From Promethearchaeota archaeon (lineage in GTDB: Archaea; Asgardarchaeota; Lokiarchaeia; Sigyniarchaeales; SOKP01), in assembly GCA_048941285.1 (NCBI GenBank), contig JBHLNS010000010.1:1-64000 (forward strand): a DNA stretch of 64,000 bases, in the 5' to 3' direction. A program made the translations under genes and the position numbers. Below are positions 9,953 to 20,273 of the stretch, one piece after another. Position 1 is the first letter of the stretch, and each line of letters opens with the position of its first letter. The notes beneath the pieces were generated by a model. The model was not told the DNA's origin, made no database searches, and saw nothing but the letters and a program-made list of their open reading frames with translations.

Positions 9953-10816
9953 CTATTCATATCCTTTATTGATCTTATCAATTTCTACTTTAATCTCTTC
10001 CCAGGATGCCATCCTTTTGATAATGGGTTTACCATTTATATATATTCCTCGAGAAACTCCTAGAGCTTTAACTAATTTAGGATCATCTGTATTATAAATG
10101 TTTAAATTTATCGTGGAATACTTTTCTACTCCTTTTTTAACCGTATTAATCATATATTTTGACCAGGGGCATTGGTTACTATATAAGAGCTCTAAATCTA
10201 TTTTTTTACTTTTTTGAAACTCTTTTAGCTTTGGAGGGATGAATTTTGGCACAGAAGAAGAACCTAAATCAAGGAATAGTAGCACGCGACTTCCATCTCT
10301 ATCAACCTCTTTAAATCCAAATTTCTTGAAAAAAGATAATGGCATATATTCTATAGTTGTTCCAAACCATCTATCCCCATCATAAACTATTACACTAGCA
10401 CCTCCATATTCTTTTGCTTTTTCAATAAAAGATCTGAGTAATGCCTTTGCTACCCCCATTTGCCAAAAAGGTGGCAGAACCCACATACAATTAATAAAGA
10501 GGGAATTGTGTCCATCAATTGGCTCTAAAGCATGTTCTATAGATACATATTCTAATAGCCCCATATATACTCGCCCATCAATTGCCAAATCTGAATGTAG
10601 GATAGTCCCTACCCATTTATAATGGATCTTTTCATTTCTAGCTTTTTCAGAGGCAACCAATATTCCAAGACCTTTAGGTATCATCTCTTTGATCCAACGA
10701 ATTCTTTTCTCCATCCCATCTTCCATAAGATCTCTTGTTTTCTTATCAACGCTTGGATCAAGACATACAGTACAAATTAAATCTAATTTATCCTCTGTTA
10801 TTGTTTCGATCTCCAT
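9953..10816 (-). CDS. GNAT acetyltransferase with C-terminal thioredoxin-like (YoaP-like) domain
   Basis: INCMWVLPPFWQMGVAKALL GNAT motif A; FFKKFGF; SNQCPW. Confidence 0.75.
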   Translation of the reverse strand: MEIETITEDKLDLICTVCLDPSVDKKTRDLMEDGMEKRIRWIKEMIPKGLGILVASEKARNEKIHYKWVGTILHSDLAIDGRVYMGLLEYVSIEHALEPIDGHNSLFINCMWVLPPFWQMGVAKALLRSFIEKAKEYGGASVIVYDGDRWFGTTIEYMPLSFFKKFGFKEVDRDGSRVLLFLDLGSSSVPKFIPPKLKEFQKSKKIDLELLYSNQCPWSKYMINTVKKGVEKYSTINLNIYNTDDPKLVKALGVSRGIYINGKPIIKRMASWEEIKVEIDKINKGYE

Positions 10817-10885
10817 AGTAATTATTTTCTTGATAATAAATTTAAGTTATTATAGTCCTCAAAATTTGAAGTCTGTAGAACCAAA

Positions 10886-11671
10886 TTAATTTTTTTTTAT
10901 CCAATCTCGAATTGCTATCTTAACAGAACGACTCATCTCTTGAGCAAAATCAGAACCAGTTTTTCTGAAGTAATAGTCCTGTCCCAAATTTTCAGCATTT
11001 TCTACATATAATTCTTTATTAAAATCTTGGAACATCTCAGAGAATTCCTCTTTATTAAATCGTTTATAAGTATCGCTAAAATGTATAAACTTCTTTGGAA
11101 ATCTAGATTTAATTATCCTTCGAGAAGGATCTTGCTTCGGATATCCATATAAAAGCATTGCAATAGGAAATACCCACTTTGGCAGATTGAACATTATGCG
11201 ATGAGTTTCAATATTTTCTATAATATCACCAATGTAGCATGAACCTATTCCTAATGATTCTGCAGCTATTACAGAATTCTGTGCTGCAATTAATGCGTCA
11301 CAACATGCGAGTAATAAATCAGATTCATCTGGAGTTCGATATAAATGGTTTATACTAGAACATCTTTCCGGCACGTCTGATATAACGTAATAATCATACC
11401 ATCGTTGCATATCTGCTAGAAAAATAAGAACTAAAGGAGCTGTTGCGATATGAGGTTGGTTATCACAGGTTTTAACTAATTTTTCCTTTTTTTTTTGGTC
11501 TTTAACTTCAATTATGGAATAAAACATCATATTACCTGCGGTTGGTGCTCTTATAGCGCTGTGAACTATTATATCGATTTCTTCTTTAGATAAGGGAGTA
11601 GGCTTATAAGCTCTTACGGTACACCTATTATTGATAATCTTGAGAACTTCATTAATGTCTTTAATATTCAT
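10886..11671 (-). CDS. Nitroreductase/flavin reductase (NfsA/Frp-like)
   Basis: RCTVRAY, APTAGNM, AQNSVIAAESLGIGSCYIG. Confidence 0.9.
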   Translation of the reverse strand: MNIKDINEVLKIINNRCTVRAYKPTPLSKEEIDIIVHSAIRAPTAGNMMFYSIIEVKDQKKKEKLVKTCDNQPHIATAPLVLIFLADMQRWYDYYVISDVPERCSSINHLYRTPDESDLLLACCDALIAAQNSVIAAESLGIGSCYIGDIIENIETHRIMFNLPKWVFPIAMLLYGYPKQDPSRRIIKSRFPKKFIHFSDTYKRFNKEEFSEMFQDFNKELYVENAENLGQDYYFRKTGSDFAQEMSRSVKIAIRDWIKKN

Positions 11672-11905
11672 TGAGTTTCACATTTACAAAAAATAATTAA
11701 CATTCTAATTTATAAATTATTCATCATACGATTCAGTAAAACAAATCCTTATACAGTTTAAAATTTAGGTATTCTTCTTGAAATAAAAAATAGTGATTCG
11801 CTTTGTTTCTTTATAAAACTAAAAGTTATTGAGAATAATCTAATTTTATAATTCATAATCAAAAATATATATATAGTTCTTTAATAAATTTCAATTGTGA
11901 TTTAA

Positions 11906-13036
11906 TTGGAATTAAAAACTCTTTTTAGTCCAGAAAGAATTGGAAATGTACGAATCAAGAATAGAATTGTACGTTCAGCAACACACATGGGAAGCTCAGA
12001 AAAATATGGGTATGTTGGTAAAAGGCTTATAGATATTTATAAAGAATTAGCGAGTGGAGGCACTGGATTAATAATATCAGGTTTTACGGCTGTAGATCCC
12101 GGAGGTACTGCTAGCCCATATCAAGAATGCCTTTTCGATGATTCATTTATCCCAGGTCAAAAAGAATTGGTAGAAGCTGTTCATGAATATCCTGAGGTTA
12201 AAATAGCTGCACAAATTGCACATACGGGTCGTCAAGGAAACCATCCAAAATATCCAGTAGTAGCTCCATCTCCAATTCCTTTCAAAATAACCGGTTTAAC
12301 GCCTCGAGAATTAACAATTGAAGAAATAAATAAGTTATCACAAAAATTCATTGATGCGGGGTGCAGGGCTTTTGAATGTGGTTATGATATGATACAATTG
12401 CACGCTGCTCATGGTTATTTTTTGTGTAATTTCATCTCTCCTTATACTAACAAAAGAAACGATAAATATGGGGGAAACACTCAGAAGCGAGCAAAAATAT
12501 TAATCGATATTTATGAGGGTTTAAGAGATGAATTAGGAAAACGGTTTCCTATAACGATTAAATTACAAGTAGAGGATTTTATTCCAAATGGACTAATGCT
12601 TGAAGAAGGTATTGAATATGTTAAAATTCTTTCTGAAGTTGGATTTGATGCGATTGAACCGAGTGGCGGAGGAAGCGAAACACAAATTCTTACAAAGAAA
12701 GCATATCCAAGTTTACGTATCAAATCAAGTGAAGAGGAAAATTATTTTTTACCACATGCGAAAGAAATTAAACAATATATGAAAAATAGTAAATTAATTT
12801 TTATGGGGGGAATTAGAAACCCAATTTTTGCTGAAAAGGTCCTTCAAGAAAACACTGTTGATTTTATTTCAATTTGTCGCCCGTTAATATATGAACCAAA
12901 TCTTCCAAATCGTTGGTATAGTGGAGATCTTTCCCCTGCAAAATGTATTAGTTGCAATGGGTGCTTTATGTCCATGCAATCAGGTCCAGTATATTGTGTT
13001 ACTAAAAAAAGATTAGCAGAAAAGAAAAAAAAGTAA
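11906..13036 (+). CDS. NADH:flavin oxidoreductase (Old Yellow Enzyme family)
   Basis: KNRIVRSAT, QIAHTGR, QLHAAHGY, NKRNDKYGG, C-terminal CISCNGC. Confidence 0.9.
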   Translation: MELKTLFSPERIGNVRIKNRIVRSATHMGSSEKYGYVGKRLIDIYKELASGGTGLIISGFTAVDPGGTASPYQECLFDDSFIPGQKELVEAVHEYPEVKIAAQIAHTGRQGNHPKYPVVAPSPIPFKITGLTPRELTIEEINKLSQKFIDAGCRAFECGYDMIQLHAAHGYFLCNFISPYTNKRNDKYGGNTQKRAKILIDIYEGLRDELGKRFPITIKLQVEDFIPNGLMLEEGIEYVKILSEVGFDAIEPSGGGSETQILTKKAYPSLRIKSSEEENYFLPHAKEIKQYMKNSKLIFMGGIRNPIFAEKVLQENTVDFISICRPLIYEPNLPNRWYSGDLSPAKCISCNGCFMSMQSGPVYCVTKKRLAEKKKK

Positions 13037-13081
13037 ATCTAATTATAAATTGCCCTAAAATTAATAATTAATAGAGGTACA

Positions 13082-14005
13082 ATGGAAAATAAAGAGATTA
13101 GAACAGCCTATTCTGACCACTTGTTTCAATTTCGATCAGTAGAAAGCAAGCGATTGATCTTATCTTTGACAATTACACTGATTGTAATGATTATAGAGAT
13201 AGGTGGGGGAATCATTACAAATAGTATTGCACTAATTAGTGACGCAGGTCATATGTTTACCCATGCATTCGCAATATCAATTAGCTTACTAGCAAATATC
13301 ATTGCTAGGAAACCAGCTTGTCACCATAGAACTTTTGGTTTATATCGAGCAGAGGTTTTAGCAGCATTTATCAATGGTTTATTTCTAATTCCTATTGTAG
13401 GAGTAATAATTTATGAAGCAATTCTTAGATTCCTCAATCCTCAAGAGGTTATTGGTTTTTATATGTTGGTTGTTGCTTTTATCGGGCTCGCTGTGAATGT
13501 TACAAGTATTTTAATCCTTCAAGGCCATCGTAAATCTAGTTTAAATGTAAAGAGTGTATTTTATCATATGATTGCAGATGCAGCTTCATCCATTGGTATT
13601 GTAATTGCCGCAGTTATTATTATGTTTACGGGAGCTGTTATATTGGATCCGTTAGTAAGTTTAGGTATATCTATCCTCATTATTTATTGGGCTTATGGAA
13701 TATTGAGGGAATCAACTCGCATTCTACTCGAAATGGCACCAAAAGGAATGAACATAGATACTATAAGCGAGGATTTAAAAGTTAGTTTTCCTGAAATTGA
13801 AGATTTGTATGATGCTCACCTTTGGACGATTATTCCAGATATGGCAGTCTATTCAGCACATATTAAGTTAAAAAAAGATATTATCATTAATAATCAAGAA
13901 GATTTTATCTCAAAAATAAATGAATTTTTGTCTGAAAAGTACCAAATAATTGAATCCACAATACAAATTATGTCTAAAGACGCAATAAAGGCATGTAATT
14001 TTTAG
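13082..14005 (+). CDS. Cation diffusion facilitator (CzcD/ZitB-like) metal efflux transporter
   Basis: SIALISDAGHM, TFGLYRAEVLAAFING, HMIADAASS, HLW motifs. Confidence 0.9.
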   Translation: MENKEIRTAYSDHLFQFRSVESKRLILSLTITLIVMIIEIGGGIITNSIALISDAGHMFTHAFAISISLLANIIARKPACHHRTFGLYRAEVLAAFINGLFLIPIVGVIIYEAILRFLNPQEVIGFYMLVVAFIGLAVNVTSILILQGHRKSSLNVKSVFYHMIADAASSIGIVIAAVIIMFTGAVILDPLVSLGISILIIYWAYGILRESTRILLEMAPKGMNIDTISEDLKVSFPEIEDLYDAHLWTIIPDMAVYSAHIKLKKDIIINNQEDFISKINEFLSEKYQIIESTIQIMSKDAIKACNF

Positions 14006-14105
14006 ACTCTTTCACTTTAAAATTATAAAATAAACCTTTATATAATTTCATAACCCAAAATAAATATTAATAAAATTCTCAATATTATTTTAAGAGGAAA
14101 TTAGG

Positions 14106-14552
14106 ATGTCTGAAGAAAGAAAAATTGATGCCTTTGCGATTATTATTTTAATAATTAGTCTAGTTGGCTTAATTCTCATGTTAGTTACCGATTTTGCTGG
14201 AACCTATACTGTTGGATATAGATATTCATGTCTAATTGGCTGTGACTATTGGACAGGTGTAGATTTAACTATGCAAGTTTTTATGGTCATATTATTAATA
14301 GCACAGATAGTATGGTCAATAAATGAATTACTTCCAGAAAAATTCCTCCCCTTTAAAAACTTGGATCTAGTAGGATTAATTTTAGCAGCTTCAACTTCTC
14401 TATTTGCTGTTATAGGGATTGGTTCATTTGGTATTACTTATGGTTTATTTGGAGGATTTAATTGGTGGGCTGAAGCTGGATTTTATGGAGGGTTTCTAGC
14501 GGGAATTATTAATGCAGTTTTTTACTTCTTAAGGTTTAAAAACATAATTTAA
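14106..14552 (+). CDS. 4-TM membrane protein with a Cys pair in the first extracellular loop (claudin/PMP22-like topology)
   Basis: Four hydrophobic helices, CLIGC in loop 1, GAGGA RBS. Confidence 0.7.
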   Translation: MSEERKIDAFAIIILIISLVGLILMLVTDFAGTYTVGYRYSCLIGCDYWTGVDLTMQVFMVILLIAQIVWSINELLPEKFLPFKNLDLVGLILAASTSLFAVIGIGSFGITYGLFGGFNWWAEAGFYGGFLAGIINAVFYFLRFKNII

Positions 14553-14651
14553 TATTTTTTTTTAAAATATTTTGATTAGAGGCCCTACTATAAATTACAT
14601 TTTTAATAATTGATTCTTTTTTATAGAGCATAATAGAAATATAAGAGAGCA

Positions 14652-15830
14652 ATGGAAATATCTTATAGGTCAAATATTTTAAAATTCTATATTTTTTCAT
14701 TTATTTTAGGTATTCATACTGTCAGAGCTGTGTATATTCCATTTATGATGGATTGGGGTGGTCTTTCTTTTGCCCAGATAATGATATTACAGAGCTATTT
14801 TACAGCTATGATTCTTCTACTTGAAATCCCGTCTGGGGCAATAGCAGATTTCCTAGGACGTAGAGTGGGGCTATCATTGTCGGCAGTAGCAATTTCAGCA
14901 GCAGCTTTTACATATAGTATTATCCCGAATTTTTTCCTATTTATGCTAGCAGAGACCTTATGGGCATTTGGATCAGCATTAATGTCTGGAACTAATGATG
15001 CTTTTGTTTATTTTTCATTGAAATCTTATGGAAATGAAAAAAATCTATCAAAAATTTTGGGAAGATCTCGAACAATGAATCTTATAGCTTTAACCATATC
15101 AGCACCAATAGGATCTTTGATTGCTCAATTCATTTCTCTACCATTTACAATGACTTGTTTATCCATTATATATGTAAATGCTTTTATTGTGTCTTTAACC
15201 TTTAAAGAACCTAAATTTATAAATGATAATTATAAAAGAGAGCATTATCTCAGAATAATCATATCTGGATTTAAAGAATTGATCGGAAATAAAAAGTTAA
15301 GAATATTGGCTTTAGACTGGATACCGATCAATGTATTAATATTTTTCATGTTTTGGACATATCAAGTCTATTTGCAAGCAATTAATATTCCAATTGGATG
15401 GTTTGGATTCATACTTGCTGTAATGAATATAGTTAACGCGGTATTCTCTATTATAATACCTCATTTATTAAATTCTTCTAAAAATAAGAAGATTTTTTTA
15501 ATTCTGATAAATCTAATAAACGGAATTACATATACATTGTTAGGATTAACTACAATTATCCCACTAGGGTTTGCCTTAATTCTTATAATTGTAGCTTTTG
15601 GATATACAAGATACTTAATATTTGTAGATGGCATCAATTTGCAAATTGCATCTGAAAATCGAGCGACAGTACTAAGTACAATTAATATGTTTGGAAGTCT
15701 CTTAAGGGCAATTTTGTATCCAGTTGTAGGACTTCTAGTAGAATTAAGTGTTTTTTATGTTTTTCTAATTACAGGGATTTTAATACTATTTTTTACTATG
15801 CTCACTCGTTCAAAAAGTGAATATTTGTGA
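14652..15830 (+). CDS. MFS transporter
   Basis: LEIPSGAIADFLGRR motif A; about 12 TM; RATVLS. Confidence 0.9.
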   Translation: MEISYRSNILKFYIFSFILGIHTVRAVYIPFMMDWGGLSFAQIMILQSYFTAMILLLEIPSGAIADFLGRRVGLSLSAVAISAAAFTYSIIPNFFLFMLAETLWAFGSALMSGTNDAFVYFSLKSYGNEKNLSKILGRSRTMNLIALTISAPIGSLIAQFISLPFTMTCLSIIYVNAFIVSLTFKEPKFINDNYKREHYLRIIISGFKELIGNKKLRILALDWIPINVLIFFMFWTYQVYLQAINIPIGWFGFILAVMNIVNAVFSIIIPHLLNSSKNKKIFLILINLINGITYTLLGLTTIIPLGFALILIIVAFGYTRYLIFVDGINLQIASENRATVLSTINMFGSLLRAILYPVVGLLVELSVFYVFLITGILILFFTMLTRSKSEYL

Positions 15831-15864
15831 AAAATTAAGGGGATTACATCATAAATGAAAATAT

Positions 15865-17559
15865 TTATTCTTCCTTAAGTGCCCTTTCTCTTAATTTCCT
15901 TCTGAAAATTTTACCCACAGAAGTACGAGGCAATATATGTACAAATTTTACTTTTCTTGGGTACTTGTATGACGCCATTCTTTCTTTTGACCACTCAATA
16001 ATGTCATCTTCAGTAACTTTTCCTTGGTATTCTGGCTTAACAGTAATATATGCTTTAATAGTTTCTCCTATGTTTGGATCAGGTGCGGAAACCACGGCTG
16101 CCTCGAGAACTGTAGGATGTTCACATAATTTTTCTTCAACCTCTTTAGGCATGATCTTATATCCTTTATATTTTATTATATCTTTTGTTCTTCCTTCAAT
16201 ATAGAAATACCCATCATCATCCATTCTGGCAAGATCACCTGTTCTAAGCCAGCCATCTATTATTGTTTTTGCAGTTTCTTCTGGCTTTTTCCAATATCCT
16301 TTCATAACTTGAGGGCCTTTAATTAATATTTCTCCAATTTCTCCAGGAGAAAGCTCTTCTAAGGTGTCAGGATTTACAATTTTTACATCGGTATCAATAA
16401 GAGGTATACCAATACTTTCTGGTATAATTTTAGATAACCAAGTAGGACACATATGTGAAATTGCAGATGTTTCTGTTAACCCGAAACCTTGTCCTACCTT
16501 GAATCCGACAACCTCTTCCCATTTGTTGTTTAAAGTTGGAGTTAAAGCGGCTGACCCAGAAATTGCTGACTCTAGACTTGATAGATCCATTTTTTTAAAA
16601 TCAGGGGAATTGATTAACATTTGGAACATAACTGGTACACCTAAAAACCTAGAAATTTTATAATACTCAATCGCTTCTAGGACTTCAGTTGGATTAAATG
16701 ATTCGAAAATTATAAGCATTGAAACTGCAACTAAGGATGAGATTAATATTTGAAAACCAAAAGAATGACAAATTGGTAGTACAGTCAACATTACATTTTC
16801 CCCAATAATGTCTTCTAATTCTACACCAGGCTCTTTTAAGCCATATAAACTTAACAGAGAATTAGCTACTATATTATTATGAGTTAGTATCACTCCTTTT
16901 GGCAAGCCTGTAGTTCCTCCTGTATAAAGTAATGCGGCAATATCATTAATTGGATCGATATCAACCTCTGGAATTATAGTTTTCTTTCTATTTATAAAAT
17001 CTTGAAATAGAATAGTATCAGGTTTGGCTTCATCAGCTCCAATGAGAATCACATTTTTCAAGTCATTATCTTTTCTGACTTTCTTGATTACCCTTAAATT
17101 ATTTTTATGAACAAATAAAATATCGATAATTCCCGAATCTTTTATGATATGAGAAATATCTGATTCTTTTAGAAGTGGGTTTATCGGAACAATAATAGCA
17201 CCAATTTCCAAAATACCTAAAACACAGAATATAAATTCGGGACAATTTATCGTCATAATCCCCACACCATCTCCTTTTCTCACTCCAGCATCATACAAAG
17301 CATTTGCTATTCTTTCTGAAATATAAAGTAAGTCTCGATATGAATAGGTTTTATCCTTTGGTTTATAATATACGCAAATATTATTTGGTAAATGTGTGAT
17401 TGTCCGTTTAATGTAATTATGCACAGGAATTGGCTCGAATTTTATTGATTTTGGAATATAATCTGGTCGATGTTTTAACCAAGGACGATTTTGATTTTCT
17501 AAATAAGGAGATTCATTCTCAAAGTTCAAAACAGGTTCCCACTCTGAATAATCTTTCAA
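15865..17559 (-). CDS. Long-chain fatty acid-CoA ligase (AMP-binding)
   Basis: YTGGTTGLPKG, GFGLTE, TGD, GRTKD, GKI motifs. Confidence 0.93.
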   Translation of the reverse strand: MKDYSEWEPVLNFENESPYLENQNRPWLKHRPDYIPKSIKFEPIPVHNYIKRTITHLPNNICVYYKPKDKTYSYRDLLYISERIANALYDAGVRKGDGVGIMTINCPEFIFCVLGILEIGAIIVPINPLLKESDISHIIKDSGIIDILFVHKNNLRVIKKVRKDNDLKNVILIGADEAKPDTILFQDFINRKKTIIPEVDIDPINDIAALLYTGGTTGLPKGVILTHNNIVANSLLSLYGLKEPGVELEDIIGENVMLTVLPICHSFGFQILISSLVAVSMLIIFESFNPTEVLEAIEYYKISRFLGVPVMFQMLINSPDFKKMDLSSLESAISGSAALTPTLNNKWEEVVGFKVGQGFGLTETSAISHMCPTWLSKIIPESIGIPLIDTDVKIVNPDTLEELSPGEIGEILIKGPQVMKGYWKKPEETAKTIIDGWLRTGDLARMDDDGYFYIEGRTKDIIKYKGYKIMPKEVEEKLCEHPTVLEAAVVSAPDPNIGETIKAYITVKPEYQGKVTEDDIIEWSKERMASYKYPRKVKFVHILPRTSVGKIFRRKLRERALKEE

Positions 17560-17686
17560 AAAATTAACCCCTAATTCTTAAAATTATATATATAAAATTT
17601 CAATTTGAATAAAGTCTATAACTAAAATTGAATCTAACTATATAAAAATGTTTACGTGTTGATGAGTTAGAAATATTAAGTAAATC

Positions 17687-18028
17687 TCACATCCAAGAAA
17701 CAATTTTATTTGTGTCTATTATAAGATCGACTAAGTCTTCGTATTCGATTCCACTTATTTGGTTAATGAGATTTTCAGGATCCATCCCTCGGGCCTTGAG
17801 ATCTGGTAATAAAGCAAAAATGTTAAATGAGGCGTTTATCAACTCTTCTAAAAATGCAGGTTTCGTACCCTTATTTGTGGTTCCTATTACACCATCGTGG
17901 ATCATAACTATTTTTATATTAAAACCTGAATTCAATTGTTCTTTTAAGATTTTCAGAAATTCATTCGATTTGTTACTTTTAGTAGGACTGAATCCGTATA
18001 AATATAATATTGAATTTTTAATTTCCAT
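17687..18028 (-). CDS. DsrH/TusB-like sulfur relay subunit (probable start 18028)
   Basis: MIHDGV, DLKARG, YEDLVDLI...VSW; GGGGGAG RBS before MEIKNS. Confidence 0.8.
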   Translation of the reverse strand: MEIKNSILYLYGFSPTKSNKSNEFLKILKEQLNSGFNIKIVMIHDGVIGTTNKGTKPAFLEELINASFNIFALLPDLKARGMDPENLINQISGIEYEDLVDLIIDTNKIVSWM

Positions 18029-18041
18029 AAAACTCCCCCGG

Positions 18042-18410
18042 TTAATATTTAAAGCACATTTCAGATTCCAAAACAAGTTTAGAGATTTGTTTAATGTCTA
18101 CAATCTTTACATTATCAGGTAAAATTAGATCTGAAGTTTTAATTCCAGCAAAATCTAATGCATTATCATGAACATAAATTTGCAAATCAGAAAGTTCTAT
18201 TAGCCGCTTAATATTTGCAAAATCGTCCATCCGCAGAGCTTCTGGTTTTAAATTTTTATCTAAAAAATAAACAGCATCACTGAGCAATATCACTTTACAA
18301 TCTTCAATATCCCCTACAGCTAATAATCCAGAAGCCATTCTTATAGATTCTTCTACAGAATTCTTACCAAATGGTCCATCTTCACATAAAATTATAACTG
18401 ATTTTACCAT
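18042..18410 (-). CDS. DsrF/TusC-like sulfur relay subunit (probable start 18410)
   Basis: DGPFG...ESIRMASGL, LLSDAVY; GGAGGA RBS overlapping the dsrE end. Confidence 0.8.
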   Translation of the reverse strand: MVKSVIILCEDGPFGKNSVEESIRMASGLLAVGDIEDCKVILLSDAVYFLDKNLKPEALRMDDFANIKRLIELSDLQIYVHDNALDFAGIKTSDLILPDNVKIVDIKQISKLVLESEMCFKY

Positions 18411-18417
18411 TGATTTA

Positions 18418-18786
18418 TCATCCTCCAGGGCCAAAAAATAATACTTTGTCTGATTCTGCAATCATAAGAGAAAGACCTCCTAAACCTTCTTGATGTGACC
18501 CTTTTATGAATTCATCAGTTTTAATACCTGTGAAACTAGTCCAAGTACTACAAGCAGCAAATTCTGTATTATTAATTTTACAAAAATTTTCAAGACGTTT
18601 TGATAAATTCCGTATAGATGTATCCTTTATTGTTCTATCTTTGATGTTATAGACACCGCTCCCATAAAAAAAGATACCTACAATTTGATGCCCCTTATTA
18701 AGTATCGCTTCTCCTAAATTAATTACTGTATCTATTGCCTCATATTTATAAGGTTCAGCACATACTACAAAAGTAAATGAAACCAT
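18418..18786 (-). CDS. DsrE/TusD-like sulfur relay subunit
   Basis: EPYKYE, GHQIVGIFFYGSGV, Cys in AACST, GLGGLSLMIAESDKVLFF. Confidence 0.85.
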   Translation of the reverse strand: MVSFTFVVCAEPYKYEAIDTVINLGEAILNKGHQIVGIFFYGSGVYNIKDRTIKDTSIRNLSKRLENFCKINNTEFAACSTWTSFTGIKTDEFIKGSHQEGLGGLSLMIAESDKVLFFGPGG

Positions 18787-18907
18787 TTTCCACTCAATTT
18801 TAGATCTAATTAGAAGAATGAAATTATATTACAAATTTAATTCTTTTGTTAAAAAAAAAATAAAAAAAATAGAAAAGCAAATTTATTTAGTTGTAGTTTC
18901 CCGGTAA

Positions 18908-19828
18908 TTATTGTGGTTTTATTGCCTTCACTTTTATGCTAGTGCTGTCGAGGTCTAGCTGGTCTATCTTTTTAACTTTTTCAATTTGATCTCCCAGTGC
19001 TTCCTTGATATTTTCATCATTTAATAAAAATTCAGTTGTAGAGAAATTACTTTGATCCACTATTTCTACGTCTATAAATCCGGCATTTTCAATAGCTTCA
19101 ATATATTTATCTTTCATTATTGCACCTCCAATGCAGCCGACATAAGCTTGTACATTTTTTCTTACAACATCAGGTAGCTCCTTCAATAATACAATATCTG
19201 AGACCATTATCCTTCCTCCCGGTTTTAGTACACGAAATGCCTCGCGAAACACACTTTCTTTATTTGGGGCGAGATTAATAACACAATTAGATATTATAAG
19301 GTCAATAGAGTTATCTGCAACGGGTAAGTGTTCAATTTCGCCAAGTCTAAACTCAACATTATCGTAATTGCCATTTCTTGCATTTTCTCGAGCTCTATCA
19401 ATCATAGAGGGAGTCATATCTACACCGATGACTTTTCCAGTTTTACCCACCTTCTTCGAAGCAATAAAACAATCTAAGCCACCTCCAGACCCGAGATCTA
19501 AAATAGTTTCTCCTTCTTGTATCAAAGCATGAGCTGTAGGATTGCCACACCCAAGAGCTAAGTTAGCTCCATCAGGAATACTTTTCAAATCTTCCTCATT
19601 ATAGCCTAGTTGGGTACTATATTTTTCTAAAAAACCATCTAACTTTTCAGCAGGAATCCTAATAGCACCCCCACAACTTTCAGAGCTACAAGACTCTGGT
19701 ATTATTAGCTCTTTTTCTGAAGATGGTCCACAACAACTTGAAACTCTCCTCCTAGAGGCTACTTTCCCGTATTCTTCTCGTACCATTTTCCTAATCTTTT
19801 CATCTTCAAGAGATTTTTCTTCTACCAT
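18908..19828 (-). CDS. arsM: Arsenite S-adenosylmethionine methyltransferase (probable start 19828)
   Basis: N-terminal CC pairs, LGCGNP, LDLGSGGGLD, ISNCVINL, GCIGGA. Confidence 0.9.
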   Translation of the reverse strand: MVEEKSLEDEKIRKMVREEYGKVASRRRVSSCCGPSSEKELIIPESCSSESCGGAIRIPAEKLDGFLEKYSTQLGYNEEDLKSIPDGANLALGCGNPTAHALIQEGETILDLGSGGGLDCFIASKKVGKTGKVIGVDMTPSMIDRARENARNGNYDNVEFRLGEIEHLPVADNSIDLIISNCVINLAPNKESVFREAFRVLKPGGRIMVSDIVLLKELPDVVRKNVQAYVGCIGGAIMKDKYIEAIENAGFIDVEIVDQSNFSTTEFLLNDENIKEALGDQIEKVKKIDQLDLDSTSIKVKAIKPQ

Positions 19829-19942
19829 ATGTAATACCTTTTTTTTTGTTATTTTTAAATACATTTTAAATTCAAATGCTAAATTTACCGCATCTTGACC
19901 ATATGATTTTGTAATTTTTTCAAGAATAGTTACTTTTGACTA

Positions 19943-20251
19943 TTATGCCTTCTCTTTTTCTTGATCTTCTTCTCTTCTTACTACAATTTTTAAAACAGGT
20001 CCCAACACCGTTTGCACCATTGGTTCTAATATATCAGCTTTCATCAAGATCAAACAGCATGGTTTTCCAGTTGTTCCAACGTTTACTATAGCAAACTTAT
20101 CTCCTTCATTTATATTTTCTTTTTCTCGCAGATCCTTTGGTAATAATATTTGCCCTTTTTTGTCAACGGTAACTAATGCTTCAACCTTACAACATTGTGA
20201 ATCCATGGTCGATGGGGTACATGCACAATTTTGATTTTCTTGTCCGGACAT
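19943..20251 (-). CDS. Cys-rich AbrB/MazE/SpoVT-type DNA-binding protein (resembles the HgcAB-associated HgcC family); probable start 20251
   Basis: CCKVEALVTVDKKGQILLPKDLREK..I.EGDKF swapped-hairpin motif with a second CC; TATA box about 23 nt upstream of ATG 20251. Confidence 0.75.
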   Translation of the reverse strand: MSGQENQNCACTPSTMDSQCCKVEALVTVDKKGQILLPKDLREKENINEGDKFAIVNVGTTGKPCCLILMKADILEPMVQTVLGPVLKIVVRREEDQEKEKA

Positions 20252-20273
20252 AATTTTTATAAGACTTTTCTTC

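Noticed and set aside
18415-18430. DsrE ends in Gly-Gly followed by TGA-TAA (ubiquitin-like GG tail or terminal selenocysteine)
   Set aside because: GGAGGATGA is most simply the RBS of the downstream dsrF-like gene; no SECIS-like element was seen
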